A DNA stretch of 44,309 bases from Myxococcaceae bacterium (lineage in GTDB: Bacteria; Myxococcota; Myxococcia; Myxococcales; Myxococcaceae), in NCBI GenBank assembly GCA_049589315.1, contig JBAWAM010000661.1:1-44309 (forward strand). The letters run 5' to 3'. Positions 1 to 9,184 of this stretch are shown here, piece after piece (positions within the stretch are counted from its first letter, which is position 1; the number at the start of each line of letters is the position of its first letter). The notes below the pieces were generated by a model, which was not told the DNA's origin, made no database searches, and worked only from the letters and a program-made list of their open reading frames with translations. The position numbers and the translations under genes are program-made.

Positions 1-2
1 CC

Positions 3-422
3 GCCATCCCGGTCGAGACGACCTCGGAGGCCGTCGCCACGCCGGCTCCGAAGAAGGAGCTGCCCGTTGCGCCTCGGAAGGTCGCGCCCCCACCTGCCCC
101 CGCGGAGACGCTGTCGCTGGGCGACGGCGCCATCAGACGCATCCAGGCCAGCCGTGACGGACGAACGCTTCAGGTATCGCTGACGCTGGCACCGGGCGCG
201 CGCATCGAGCGTGCGTTCGCGCTGAGCTCGCCGTCCCGCCTCGTGTTCGACGTCGTCGGTTCGGCACCTCGGGCGAGCCTCCACCGCGATGCCGACCTCC
301 CCGAGGTGAAGAGCGTCCGGGTCGGCGCGCGCGAGGGCGGAACCCGCCTCGTGCTGGATCTCGATCGTGCGGCGGCGAAGGTCGTCACCACCCAGACGGG
401 AGCACGCGTCACGCTGAAGTGA
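3..422 (+). CDS. C-terminal part of an AMIN-domain protein (5' end lies outside the window)
   Basis: The frame is open from the window edge to TGA at 420-422. The translation ...RIQASRDGRTLQVSLTLAPGARIERAFALSSPSRLVFDVVG...VKSVRVGAREGGTRLVLDL...TGARVTLK fits the AMIN beta-sandwich pattern seen in PilQ/AmiC N-termini. It is absent from the ORF track because no start codon lies in the window. Confidence 0.55.
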   Translation, partial: AIPVETTSEAVATPAPKKELPVAPRKVAPPPAPAETLSLGDGAIRRIQASRDGRTLQVSLTLAPGARIERAFALSSPSRLVFDVVGSAPRASLHRDADLPEVKSVRVGAREGGTRLVLDLDRAAAKVVTTQTGARVTLK

Positions 423-484
423 GCAGGCGAGCAGGCTCACCCTGGATGGCGAGCCCGCGGAGTTCGGGGCACACTGAGTCGGCC

Positions 485-1144
485 ATGTGCGGACGGATTA
501 CCCTGAAGACGCCACCAGCACAGCTCCAGGAGGAGCTCGGGGTTCTGGTGGAGACGGAGCTTCACGCCCGGTACAACATCTCTCCCTCGCAGCGCATCGC
601 CGTCGTCACCAACAACGGTCAGCGGAAGCTCGAGTTCTTCAAGTGGGGTCTGGTCCCCTCATGGGCGAAGGACCCCGCCATCGGCAACCGGATGATCAAC
701 GCGCGGGCCGAGACCGTCGCGGAGAAGCCCAGCTTCCGGAACGCGCTCAAGAAGCGCCGCTGCGTCATTCTCGCGGACGGGTTCTACGAGTGGCGCGCGG
801 ACGGGAAGCGCAAGACGCCCATCCACATCCGCTTCGAATCCCAGAAGCCGTTCATGATCGCCGGGCTCTGGGAGACCTGGCGCGACGAGCACGGCGTGGT
901 CATCCCGACCTGCACCATCCTCACGACCGCGCCCAACCCGTTCATGGCGCAGTACCACGACCGGATGCCGGTGATCCTTCCTCCGGAGCGCGTCGAAGAG
1001 TGGCTCTCGCCCGACGCACGCGAAGCGAGCCAGCTCGCGCCGCTGCTGGTTCCGTGGGAGGGCGAACGGCTCGAGGCCTTCCCCGTGTCGACGCTGGTGA
1101 ACTCGCCGGCGAACGATCGCCCCGAGTGTGCGCTCCCCGCCTGA
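485..1144 (+). CDS. SOS response-associated peptidase (SRAP/YedK family, abasic-site DNA-protein crosslink protein)
   Basis: Part of ORF 419-1144. The family-defining N-terminus MCGR (catalytic Cys2) starts at the ATG at 485. Also present are SWAKD, INARAET and ADGFYEW-type motifs. Confidence 0.88.
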   Translation: MCGRITLKTPPAQLQEELGVLVETELHARYNISPSQRIAVVTNNGQRKLEFFKWGLVPSWAKDPAIGNRMINARAETVAEKPSFRNALKKRRCVILADGFYEWRADGKRKTPIHIRFESQKPFMIAGLWETWRDEHGVVIPTCTILTTAPNPFMAQYHDRMPVILPPERVEEWLSPDAREASQLAPLLVPWEGERLEAFPVSTLVNSPANDRPECALPA

Positions 1145-1151
1145 AGCTCGC

Positions 1152-1925
1152 CTAACCCGAGTGCTGGACCGTCCCCCAGGTCAGCCGCAACACGCGGGTC
1201 CACTGCGCGTCACCGTGCCGTTCCAACGTGCGTGCGACCGCCTCCAGCAGCTCGCGCAGCGCTGACTCTCCCAGCGCAGGGCCGGCGAACGAGTACGACC
1301 GCACGATGCCCTCCAAAGCCTGGGGATCGAGCGACAGTTGCTGCGTGAAAGCTTCGACCTGCAGGGATCCCGTCGCCCCGGCGAGCCGCATCAACTGCTC
1401 CAGCGCCCCGCGCGCGGGTGCACGCTGGGCACGCGGGTTGAACCGGGCGAAGTGCGCCTCCAACTCCGTCATCAGAGGCGTATTCGCCGGGATCGACTCG
1501 ATCACTGCGACCGTGCCGCCCGGGGCGATCACGCGCGCGACCTCACGCCCCGTCAGCTCCGGATCCACCCAGTGCAGTGCATCGGCGATGACCGCGAACC
1601 GCACGGCGCGCGTCGGAAGGCCCGTCTCCTCGGCTGCCGCATGGACCAGGTGGACCCGCCCTGAACCCGCCCTGTCCCGTTCGAGCAGGACGTCCAGCAT
1701 TGCCTGCGCCGGCTCGACCGCGTGCACCTCCAGGCCGCGCTTCGCGAGAGGCACCGCGATCAGCCCCGTTCCCGCCCCGAGATCCACCACCGGTCCCCCG
1801 CCGGCCAGCGCAGCCAGGCGATCGATCAACTCCGGCGGATACGAGGGCCGATGCCGGTACGCGTCGGCCAGCCGATTGAACACCCAGCGGGATGCATCGC
1901 CCACCGGGACGCCGCGCCGTCCCAT
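1152..1925 (-). CDS. Class I SAM-dependent methyltransferase
   Basis: 257-aa ORF with SAM-binding motif I VVDLGAGTGLIA followed by an acidic residue (LEVHAVE). It lies 3 nt downstream of the amidase gene on the same strand. Confidence 0.82.
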   Translation of the reverse strand: MGRRGVPVGDASRWVFNRLADAYRHRPSYPPELIDRLAALAGGGPVVDLGAGTGLIAVPLAKRGLEVHAVEPAQAMLDVLLERDRAGSGRVHLVHAAAEETGLPTRAVRFAVIADALHWVDPELTGREVARVIAPGGTVAVIESIPANTPLMTELEAHFARFNPRAQRAPARGALEQLMRLAGATGSLQVEAFTQQLSLDPQALEGIVRSYSFAGPALGESALRELLEAVARTLERHGDAQWTRVLRLTWGTVQHSG

Positions 1926-1928
1926 AGA

Positions 1929-3626
1929 TCAGCGGGCCAGCAGGTCGACCCGGTGTACCGGGCGCCGATGTTCGACCGCGCTCTCCGCGACCAGCCCCAA
2001 CTTCAGCAGAAGGTGCTCCTCCCACGGGCGCCCGATGAACTGACACCCGATGGGCAGGCCGCTGTGGTCGAAGCCGGCGGGGACGCTCAGCGCAGGGAAT
2101 CCGGTGATGTTCGGGATCCGGATGAACCGCATCAGGGCATCCGTCATCACCAGGTTCGACTCACCCGCGGGGAGTGCGTGTTCGGGGATCTCCGGCGCCG
2201 TCGACGCCGTGGTCGGCGTCACGATGACGTCCACGCCCTGCATCAGCTCCAGGTACTGCTGCGTCATGCGGTGCCGGTGCCGGAGCGCGTGCACGTAGTC
2301 CGGCGACTCGAAGAACCGGGCGATCGCCAGGTTCGTGCGCACGTCGAGGCCGAAGCGGCGGCTGTCCTCGCGCAGGTACGGCAGCAACGTCGTCGCCATC
2401 TCGGAGAGGATGAGGGCCGCGTGCGTCCAGAGCACGGTGTTCAGGTCCGGTGGAGGAATTTCGACCACCGTCGCGCCCGCGTCGACGAGCGTGCGGATCA
2501 CCGCGTCACAGCGGGCGACCACCTCGGAGTCCGCGTCTTCGAACCAGGGGCGGCTGATGCCCAACCGAACGCCTCGGAGATCGTGGTCCTCGAGCCCTGC
2601 CAGATGCAGCGGCGGTTGTCCCAACGTGAGCTCATCCCGTGGATCTGGCCCGGCGATCACCGCATACGCCGCAGCGACGTCGCGCACGGTCGCCCCCAGC
2701 GGCCCCACGTGACCGACGGTCCAGCACAGCGGCAACATCCCGTGCTCGCTGATCCGCGTCCAGGTGGCCTTCAGGCCGGCCACGCCGCACAAGGCAGCCG
2801 GGATCCGGATGGATCCACCACCGTCCGCGCCGATCGCCACCGGGGACAGTCCTGCCGCCACGACCGCCGCAGAGCCGCTGGACGAGCCGCCGGTGATCCG
2901 CGCGCGGTTCCAGGGATTCCGGGTGGCGCCGTGGTGGGGATTGAGGCCGATGGGGTTGATCCCCGCCTCGTGCATGTTGGTCTTGCCGATCAACAGGGCG
3001 CCCGCGGCGCGCAGGCGCGCGACGACCTCTGCATCGCGCCGGGCGGGCTCCTTCCCCAGGAACGCCGTGCCGCCGGTCGTCGGGAACGGCACCTGGTCCA
3101 TTTCGTCCTTCACCGCCACCGGCACGCCGTCGAACACGCTGAGGGGCCGACCCTCCCGGAACCGCTGGGCCGACGCCTCGGCCTGCTTGCGGATGTCATC
3201 GGCCGACCACGCGATGAACCAGCCGAGGCGGTCGTCGCCGGAGTCCTTCTCACGGATTCCGCCGATCACGCGGTCGGCCACGGTCATCGGAGAGAGCTCG
3301 CCCGCTCTGTACGCTCGGGCGAAGTCGGCGACCGTCTCAGGCGCCGCCCCGCGGTAGCGGACGGGTCCGGTGGCCGCGAGCTCTGCCAGCTCCAACGAAC
3401 CGGGTCGGTGCTCGGGCAGAGGAGCGCGGTTCGGCAGCGTCACCTGGGTGGGCGGCGCGCCATCGGCGTTGGTCTCGCGGAAGCGATCGAGACCGCTGTC
3501 CCGGGCAATCTTTCCGAGCACCGCAGCGCCCAGCGGCGTCTCCAGCGTCTCGACGAACAGCCGGAGCGGCGTACCGCTCAGGCGTGGAGCAGAAACGGGA
3601 TCACGCTTGTAGGTTCCGTTTGCCAT
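1929..3626 (-). CDS. Amidase-signature (AS) family amidase
   Basis: 565-aa ORF with the AS motif GGSSSGSAAVVAAG, an upstream KDEM..TTGG region and GADGGGSIRIPAA. Confidence 0.9.
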   Translation of the reverse strand: MANGTYKRDPVSAPRLSGTPLRLFVETLETPLGAAVLGKIARDSGLDRFRETNADGAPPTQVTLPNRAPLPEHRPGSLELAELAATGPVRYRGAAPETVADFARAYRAGELSPMTVADRVIGGIREKDSGDDRLGWFIAWSADDIRKQAEASAQRFREGRPLSVFDGVPVAVKDEMDQVPFPTTGGTAFLGKEPARRDAEVVARLRAAGALLIGKTNMHEAGINPIGLNPHHGATRNPWNRARITGGSSSGSAAVVAAGLSPVAIGADGGGSIRIPAALCGVAGLKATWTRISEHGMLPLCWTVGHVGPLGATVRDVAAAYAVIAGPDPRDELTLGQPPLHLAGLEDHDLRGVRLGISRPWFEDADSEVVARCDAVIRTLVDAGATVVEIPPPDLNTVLWTHAALILSEMATTLLPYLREDSRRFGLDVRTNLAIARFFESPDYVHALRHRHRMTQQYLELMQGVDVIVTPTTASTAPEIPEHALPAGESNLVMTDALMRFIRIPNITGFPALSVPAGFDHSGLPIGCQFIGRPWEEHLLLKLGLVAESAVEHRRPVHRVDLLAR

Positions 3627-3773
3627 GCGGCGACCATAACGCGCGCTGCTGCTGCGTGTGTCCGGCCGGACAGCGGAGCGTTGCAGTGCCGAGCGGCCGA
3701 CACCCGGGGTTTGCCCGGCTGTCCGCCATCCCTATCTCTGACCGGCTTCATCCCGGAGCAGAGGGACGTCAGC

Positions 3774-4223
3774 ATGAAGTGGCTCCGACAGGTCCCGACA
3801 GTCATCGGCTTGACCGTGTTGTGGATGCTGCTGGTCGGACAGCCGGGTTGGCCCGAGTTCATCGCGGGTGCGGTGGCCGCGCTGCTCTCCGGGAGCGTCC
3901 TCGCGTTCTCCAACGGCCCCCGTCCGGTGCTTCGGCTCCGGTGGCTTCCGCGCGCCGCAGGCCCTCTCCTTCGCGTCTTCCCGGACACGCTCCGGGTGCT
4001 GGCCGCCATCGTCCGCGGCGCGTTCGGCCGTGCCCCTCGGGGGCAGTTCGTCATCGTACGGGCGCCCCCGGGAGATGAGGACGACGCGCGGATCGCTGCC
4101 CACGTCCTGGGCATCTCCCTGCCACCAAACTCGCTGGTCGTCGATGTTCCGAACGAGGAGCGCGGATACCTCGTGCACCAGCTGATCGAAACACGGCCGC
4201 AGCGGCTGGAGGCGCTGCCGTGA
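3774..4223 (+). CDS. mrpE: Monovalent cation/H+ antiporter subunit E (MrpE/MnhE-like)
   Basis: ATG at 3774 inside the spurious long ORF 1722-4223. It has two N-terminal TM helices and a C-terminal ...ISLPPNSLVVDV...YLVHQL resembling the MrpE ITLTPGT...vH signature. Its stop overlaps the next start (GTGA). Confidence 0.72.
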   Translation: MKWLRQVPTVIGLTVLWMLLVGQPGWPEFIAGAVAALLSGSVLAFSNGPRPVLRLRWLPRAAGPLLRVFPDTLRVLAAIVRGAFGRAPRGQFVIVRAPPGDEDDARIAAHVLGISLPPNSLVVDVPNEERGYLVHQLIETRPQRLEALP

Positions 4224-4471
4224 ATGCGTGGCAGACGAGCGGCATCGCGCTGATCGTCGGGATCCTGCTCTGCCTCGTCGCGTCGATGAGGCATGGACGC
4301 TTTCAGCGACTCATCGCGGTCCAGCTCGGCACCACGCTTTCGGTGTTCGCGCTGTTCGCGCTGGGCGAAGGGTTCGACCGCACGTTCCTGCAGGACCTGG
4401 CGCTCACCGCCGCGGTGCTCTCGTTGCCCGGTACGCTCGCGTACGTGCGCTGGATCGGGAGGCTTCCGTGA
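4220..4471 (+). CDS. mrpF: Monovalent cation/H+ antiporter subunit F (MrpF/MnhF-like)
   Basis: 83-aa, three-TM small protein with a GTG start overlapping the mrpE stop. Its size, topology and position after mrpE are typical of subunit F. Confidence 0.68.
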   Translation: MNAWQTSGIALIVGILLCLVASMRHGRFQRLIAVQLGTTLSVFALFALGEGFDRTFLQDLALTAAVLSLPGTLAYVRWIGRLP

Positions 4472-5468
4472 CCGGGGGAGCGCTCCTGATCGCCCTTCTC
4501 CTGTTCGGGGACTGCTGCTGAGCATCGCCATTGCGAGTGCGCTGGCGGGTGCGGTGAGCGCGCTCGTGCAGACGGATCTCAAGCGCATGCTGGCGTTCTC
4601 CACCATCTCGCACAGCGGGACGATCCTCGCGGGGATCGCGCTGCTCTCACCCGAAGGCCTCGCGGGAGCCATGGTCCTCCTGCTCGGCCAGGGGTTGCTG
4701 AAGGGCGCGTTGTTCATGCTGGTCGGCCGGTTGCTGGACCGCCATGGCACGACGGACATTCGCGAGCTCTACGGACGCGGACGCCACCATCCCTTCCATG
4801 CCGGTGTCTTCTTCGTCGCGACGCTCGGCATGACGGGGCTCCCGGGGTTCGTGTCCTGGGCCGGGAAATCCTTCTTCGAGCACGCGCTGCACCTGGAGGG
4901 ACTGGGCTGGACGAAGTACCCACTTCTCCTCGCGTCGGCCTTGTCGGGGGCGGCGTTGCTGTCAGCCGGGGCCCACGTCTTCCTGGGCTGGGGCCCGCGT
5001 CCCGAAGAAGAAGCCGACGAGCCTGCGCGGGGCTCCGACGAGCACAGCGAGCAGGCGCCCACCCTGGAGATGCTCGTCGCGCCGACACTGCTGGTTGCGC
5101 TGGCGATCTCCCTGACCTTCGTGGACGAGCTCGGCCCCAAGTCCGAGCGCTGGGCGACCGTGCTCACCGAGCCCTCCATCACGCTCGAGAAGGTCCTTCG
5201 CGGCACCACGGTCGCCGTTCAACCGCCCGGCCACACGCACCTCCAGCCACGCGCGATCTTTCCAGGGATCATCGCCTGCGCCGTGGCGGTGGCGCTCGCC
5301 TCAAGCTGGCTCGCTCGCAAGAAGCTTCCGAGGAGAATGCGCAGACTGGGCGAGCACCTGACCGTGCCCGTCCACGCGATACAGAGTGGCGACGTCTGCG
5401 ACTACGTCCTTTGGATGTCGGTCGGAATGGCCGCGGTCGGCGCAGTGCTCGTCCTGAATACGGGGTAG
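4468..5468 (+). pseudogene. Remnant of a NuoL/MrpA/MrpD-family proton-conducting subunit (C-terminal half only, with a frame change)
   Basis: Homology starts at a GTG overlapping the mrpF stop (VTGGALLIALLLFG, frame 1). It continues in another frame after the G-run at 4507-4510 (LLLSIAIASALAGAVSALVQTDLKRMLAFSTISHSG...). The QxDxKRxLAxS motif normally lies mid-protein. The N-terminal TM helices and mrpG are missing. Confidence 0.6.
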
Positions 5469-5529
5469 ACGCTCAGGGAACGAACAGGCGGGCGATGCAC
5501 ATGCCGCAACGCATCAAGTCAGCTACACA

Positions 5530-6336
5530 TTGACCGGAGGCCCCGATCCGTTCGAAGTCTCACTGTCGATGCTCGAGTCTGTCGCCCGCGTTCTCACGAT
5601 GCTCCCCCCCGCCGTCCGTCGGCCTGTTGCGAAGCTGGCGTTCGATGGGCTGTGGGGCCTGCTCGCGAACGAGACCGTCGAAGGCAGGGAGAACCTCCCG
5701 GACGGGCCGGTGCTCTTCGTCTGCAACCACCTGTCCAACGCAGATGGGATCACCCTCTCCCGAGCATTCCGGCCGCGGACCGTGTTCTTTCTCGCCGGGG
5801 TGAAGCTGCAGACGACGGCTTCGACGAAGCTGGGGACCGAGGTCGTGGACACGATCCCGATCCACCCGGGCACGGCGGACATCGAGGCGCTGCGCAAGGC
5901 GCTCGCCGTGCTCAAGCAGGGTGACTCGGTGCTGATCTTCCCGGAGGGCGGACGGAGCCGCACCGGCGCGCTGATCCGCGCCCGCCGCGGCGCCTCCCTG
6001 CTCGCAGAGAAGGCCCGCGTTCCCGTGGTGCCGATCGCGCTCATCGGAACCGAGAAGCTCATGCCCATCAACGACACCGACATGTCCAAAGAGCGGATGC
6101 GGAGCGCGGACGTGAAGGTCAGGATCGGCCGCCCCTTCCGCGTCGAGGACCTCAAGGCCGAGGTGGCGGGCGCCGAGGACGAACGCCAGGCGTTGGTCGA
6201 CGCGATGATGAAGCGGGTTGCAGCGCTGCTTCCGCAGGAGTACCGCGGGGACTACGCTGAACACGAGGAGGCCGAATGGCGATCGCCACGATCAATCCGA
6301 CCACCGGAGAAACCGTCCGAACCTTCGAGGAGCTGA
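5530..6336 (+). CDS. 1-acyl-sn-glycerol-3-phosphate acyltransferase family protein (PlsC-like)
   Basis: HX4D motif CNHLSNADG, then FPEGGRSRTG and a VPVVPIAL block. The ORF start is TTG at 5530, with an alternative ATG at 5569. The 3' end overlaps the next gene by 61 nt. Confidence 0.85.
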   Translation: MTGGPDPFEVSLSMLESVARVLTMLPPAVRRPVAKLAFDGLWGLLANETVEGRENLPDGPVLFVCNHLSNADGITLSRAFRPRTVFFLAGVKLQTTASTKLGTEVVDTIPIHPGTADIEALRKALAVLKQGDSVLIFPEGGRSRTGALIRARRGASLLAEKARVPVVPIALIGTEKLMPINDTDMSKERMRSADVKVRIGRPFRVEDLKAEVAGAEDERQALVDAMMKRVAALLPQEYRGDYAEHEEAEWRSPRSIRPPEKPSEPSRS

Positions 6337-7673
6337 GCGACCCGGCGCTCGAGCAGAAGCTCGAGAAGGCGCAGAAGGCGTTCGCGGCCTGGAGGAAGAC
6401 GTCGTTCGCCCACCGTGCGGAGCGGATGGCGAAGGCAGGCGAGCTCCTCGCCTCCGAGAAGGATCGCTGGGCGCGCATCATGGTCGAGGAGATGGGCAAG
6501 CCGATCGCCGCAGCGCGCTCGGAGGCGGAGAAGTGCGGGTGGGTCTGTCGGCACTATGCGGAGCACGCCGAGCGCTTCCTCGCCGATACGCCGGTGGACA
6601 TGGGCGGACCGCGCGCGTTCGTGCGCAATCTGCCGCTCGGACCGGTGCTCGCGGTCATGCCGTGGAACTTCCCGTTCTGGCAGGTCTTCCGCTTCATCGG
6701 CCCCGGGCTGATGGCGGGCAACGTCGGGCTGTTGAAGCACGCCGCGAACGTCCCCCAGTGCGCGCTGGCCATCGAGGAGATCCTGCTCCGCGCCGGCTTC
6801 CCGGAGGGCGTGTTCCAGACGCTCCTCATCGGGCACAAGAAGGTCTCGAAGGTGCTCGAGGATCCACGGGTCGTCGCGGCCACGCTGACGGGCAGCGAGA
6901 ACGCCGGGGCGTCGGTCGCGTCGATCGCCGGGAAGCACATCAAGAAAACGGTGCTCGAGCTGGGTGGCAGCGACGCGTTCGTGGTGATGCCCAGTGCGGA
7001 CATCGACACAGCGGCGAAGACGGCGGTCACGGCCCGCAACATCAACAACGGTCAGTCCTGCATCGCCGCGAAGCGCTTCATCGTCCACGAGGCGGTCTAC
7101 GAGCGTTTCCAGCAGCGTTTCCTGGAGGGCCTGTCGAAGCTGAAGATCGGGGATCCGATGTCGGAGGACACGAACATCGGGCCGCTCGCCACGAAGGACA
7201 TCCGCGATGGCGTGGCCGAGCAGGTGGAGGACGCAGTGCAAAAGGGCGCGCGCCTGCTCGCCGGGGGCAAACACCTCGAAGGCAAGGGCTGGTTCTACCC
7301 GCCGAGCGCGTTGGCAGACATCCCCGAGAGCGCCCGCGCGTATCGCGAGGAGGTCTTTGGACCGGTGGCGCTGCTGTTCCGCGCGAAGAACCTCGACGAG
7401 GCGATCGCCCTCGCCAATGCCACCGAGTTCGGGCTGGGCTCCAGCGCCTGGACCCGCGAGCCTGCCGAACAGGCGCGGTTCATCAACGAGCTCGAAGCGG
7501 GGATGACGTTCATCAACTCGATGGTCGCGTCCGATCCGCGGCTGCCGTTCGGAGGGGTGAAGCGGTCGGGCTACGGCCGCGAGCTCGACAAGGACGGCAT
7601 CCTCGAGTTCGTGAACCGGAAAGCGATCTCGATCGCGCAGGCAGAGCAGGCATCGGCCTCGGATACCGAATAG
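6276..7673 (+). CDS. NAD(P)+-dependent aldehyde dehydrogenase, succinate-semialdehyde dehydrogenase-like
   Basis: 465 aa with N-terminus MAIATINPTTGE, catalytic Glu block ELGGSDAF and catalytic Cys block NNGQSCIAAKRF. The C-terminal PFGGVKRSGYGRE is also present. Confidence 0.9.
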   Translation: MAIATINPTTGETVRTFEELSDPALEQKLEKAQKAFAAWRKTSFAHRAERMAKAGELLASEKDRWARIMVEEMGKPIAAARSEAEKCGWVCRHYAEHAERFLADTPVDMGGPRAFVRNLPLGPVLAVMPWNFPFWQVFRFIGPGLMAGNVGLLKHAANVPQCALAIEEILLRAGFPEGVFQTLLIGHKKVSKVLEDPRVVAATLTGSENAGASVASIAGKHIKKTVLELGGSDAFVVMPSADIDTAAKTAVTARNINNGQSCIAAKRFIVHEAVYERFQQRFLEGLSKLKIGDPMSEDTNIGPLATKDIRDGVAEQVEDAVQKGARLLAGGKHLEGKGWFYPPSALADIPESARAYREEVFGPVALLFRAKNLDEAIALANATEFGLGSSAWTREPAEQARFINELEAGMTFINSMVASDPRLPFGGVKRSGYGRELDKDGILEFVNRKAISIAQAEQASASDTE

Positions 7674-7771
7674 TCTTTCCGATCCCAGTTGGATTCAGTC
7701 CGCCGCCGCGGCCACCCGCTCCGCCATCGGACTCTTGAATAAGGCGCGACTTCGTTCCGTATGAAGGCCGC

Positions 7772-8425
7772 ATGACCACATCCTCACGCTCGCCCACCGA
7801 CTTCGTCGCGTTCGCCGGCCCCCCTCTATCAGCCCGACCCCGGGTGTTGACGCTCCTGGGCGCCGGGTTCATGCTCGGATTTCTCGTCCACTCGAGCATC
7901 GTGGACCGGTCCCCGGACAAGGTGCCACTGATCCTCATCATCGGCTCGGTCCTCGGCGTCACCATCGGACTCGAGTTCAGGAAGCGCCGTGCCCTTCACC
8001 GCAGCGCGGGTGAGTTGGGATGGAAGGTGGTCGACGACCCCGCCCTCCGGCTCGGACGTGAGACGGTGGACGCGCTCTTCGAACTCGCCGCTCGAGGTTC
8101 CGATCATTTGATTGAGCGCGGCCTTGTCGGCCGCGACCAGGACCAGTACGTGGCCGTGCTGGAGCACAAGGCGGTGTTTGGCAGGAGCGCGAGCGGACCC
8201 ACGACGACCATCGCAGTGTTCGACACTCCGGAGTCCCAGACGCTCACCTGCGACGGCCCCGACGGATGGACCTTCCGGGCCTGCGGTCGGCTGCAGGTGG
8301 TGTACCGCCGAAGCCACAAGGTGAACCTGCACTATCCGGAACGGGTTCGGGCATTTCTTGGCGACGCGCGCGGGCGATTGGAGGCACAGAGTGCTGGCCC
8401 TCGCGCCGTAGCTCCCTCGGCATGA
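7772..8425 (+). CDS. Hypothetical membrane protein (two predicted TM helices plus a soluble C-terminal domain)
   Basis: 217-aa ORF with high GC3. Its stop overlaps the rsmE start (ATGA). No motif recognised. Confidence 0.5.
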   Translation: MTTSSRSPTDFVAFAGPPLSARPRVLTLLGAGFMLGFLVHSSIVDRSPDKVPLILIIGSVLGVTIGLEFRKRRALHRSAGELGWKVVDDPALRLGRETVDALFELAARGSDHLIERGLVGRDQDQYVAVLEHKAVFGRSASGPTTTIAVFDTPESQTLTCDGPDGWTFRACGRLQVVYRRSHKVNLHYPERVRAFLGDARGRLEAQSAGPRAVAPSA

Positions 8426-9171
8426 ACCTGCTGTTGCTCTCGCCCGACGAAGTCCTCGATGACTGCACCGTGCACCTCACGGGGCGGAGGGCCCGCCACG
8501 CCCACGAGGTGCTTCGTGCGGCGGCAGGTGACGTCCTGCGCGTCGGTGTACGCGGAGGCCGGGTCGGCACGGGCGAAGTGCTCGAGCAGTCCCGCGAGCT
8601 GCTCAGGCTCCGGGTGCAGCTCGAGGCCGATCCACCACCGCGGGCAAAGCTCGATGTGCTGCTCGCGATCCCCCGTCCCAAGCAGCTCAAGCGGGTGATC
8701 CCGGCTTTGACTTCCCTCGGCGTCGACACCGTGGTCCTCGTGAACGCCGCGCGCGTGGAGAAGAGCTACTTCGACTCGAAGGTGCTCGCGCCCGACTTCC
8801 TGGACGAGCTGATCACCCTCGGCCTGGAGCAGGCGCGCGACACAATCCCGCCGCGGGTCCTCATACGCGAGCGGTTCCGCCCCTTCGTGGAAGACGAGCT
8901 CGACCGCGTGTTCGGCGCGACACCGCATCGCTGGCTCGCCCACCCGGTCGTGGATCGCGGCCCCGAAGCCCTCCCCCGCCCCGGCCCGAACGATCGCGTC
9001 GTACTCGCCATCGGCCCCGAAGGAGGCTGGGTACCGTTCGAGCTCGAGCTGCTGCAGCAGCGCGGCTTTCTCCCGTTCTCGCTCGGCCCGCGCATCCTGA
9101 GGACGGAGACCGCCGTGCCGCTGCTGGCCGGTCATGTCGACCTCCTGAGGCGCCTGCCAACCAGCGCTTGA
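8422..9171 (+). CDS. rsmE: 16S rRNA (uracil1498-N3)-methyltransferase
   Basis: ATG at 8422 gives MNLLLLSPDEV... The PUA-like N-terminus and the C-terminal SPOUT block LAIGPEGGW..E...L...GF....LGPRILRTETA are typical of RsmE. The upstream part of ORF 8266-9171 overlaps the previous gene. Confidence 0.85.
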   Translation: MNLLLLSPDEVLDDCTVHLTGRRARHAHEVLRAAAGDVLRVGVRGGRVGTGEVLEQSRELLRLRVQLEADPPPRAKLDVLLAIPRPKQLKRVIPALTSLGVDTVVLVNAARVEKSYFDSKVLAPDFLDELITLGLEQARDTIPPRVLIRERFRPFVEDELDRVFGATPHRWLAHPVVDRGPEALPRPGPNDRVVLAIGPEGGWVPFELELLQQRGFLPFSLGPRILRTETAVPLLAGHVDLLRRLPTSA

Positions 9172-9184
9172 ACGGCCTGAGGTC

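Noticed and set aside
1722-4223. 833-aa plus-strand ORF spanning the methyltransferase/amidase region
   Set aside because: It is an antisense shadow ORF typical of high-GC DNA, with an Arg/Pro/Gly-rich, motif-free translation. The minus-strand amidase and methyltransferase have clear family motifs. Only the last 150 codons (3774-4223, mrpE-like) look real.
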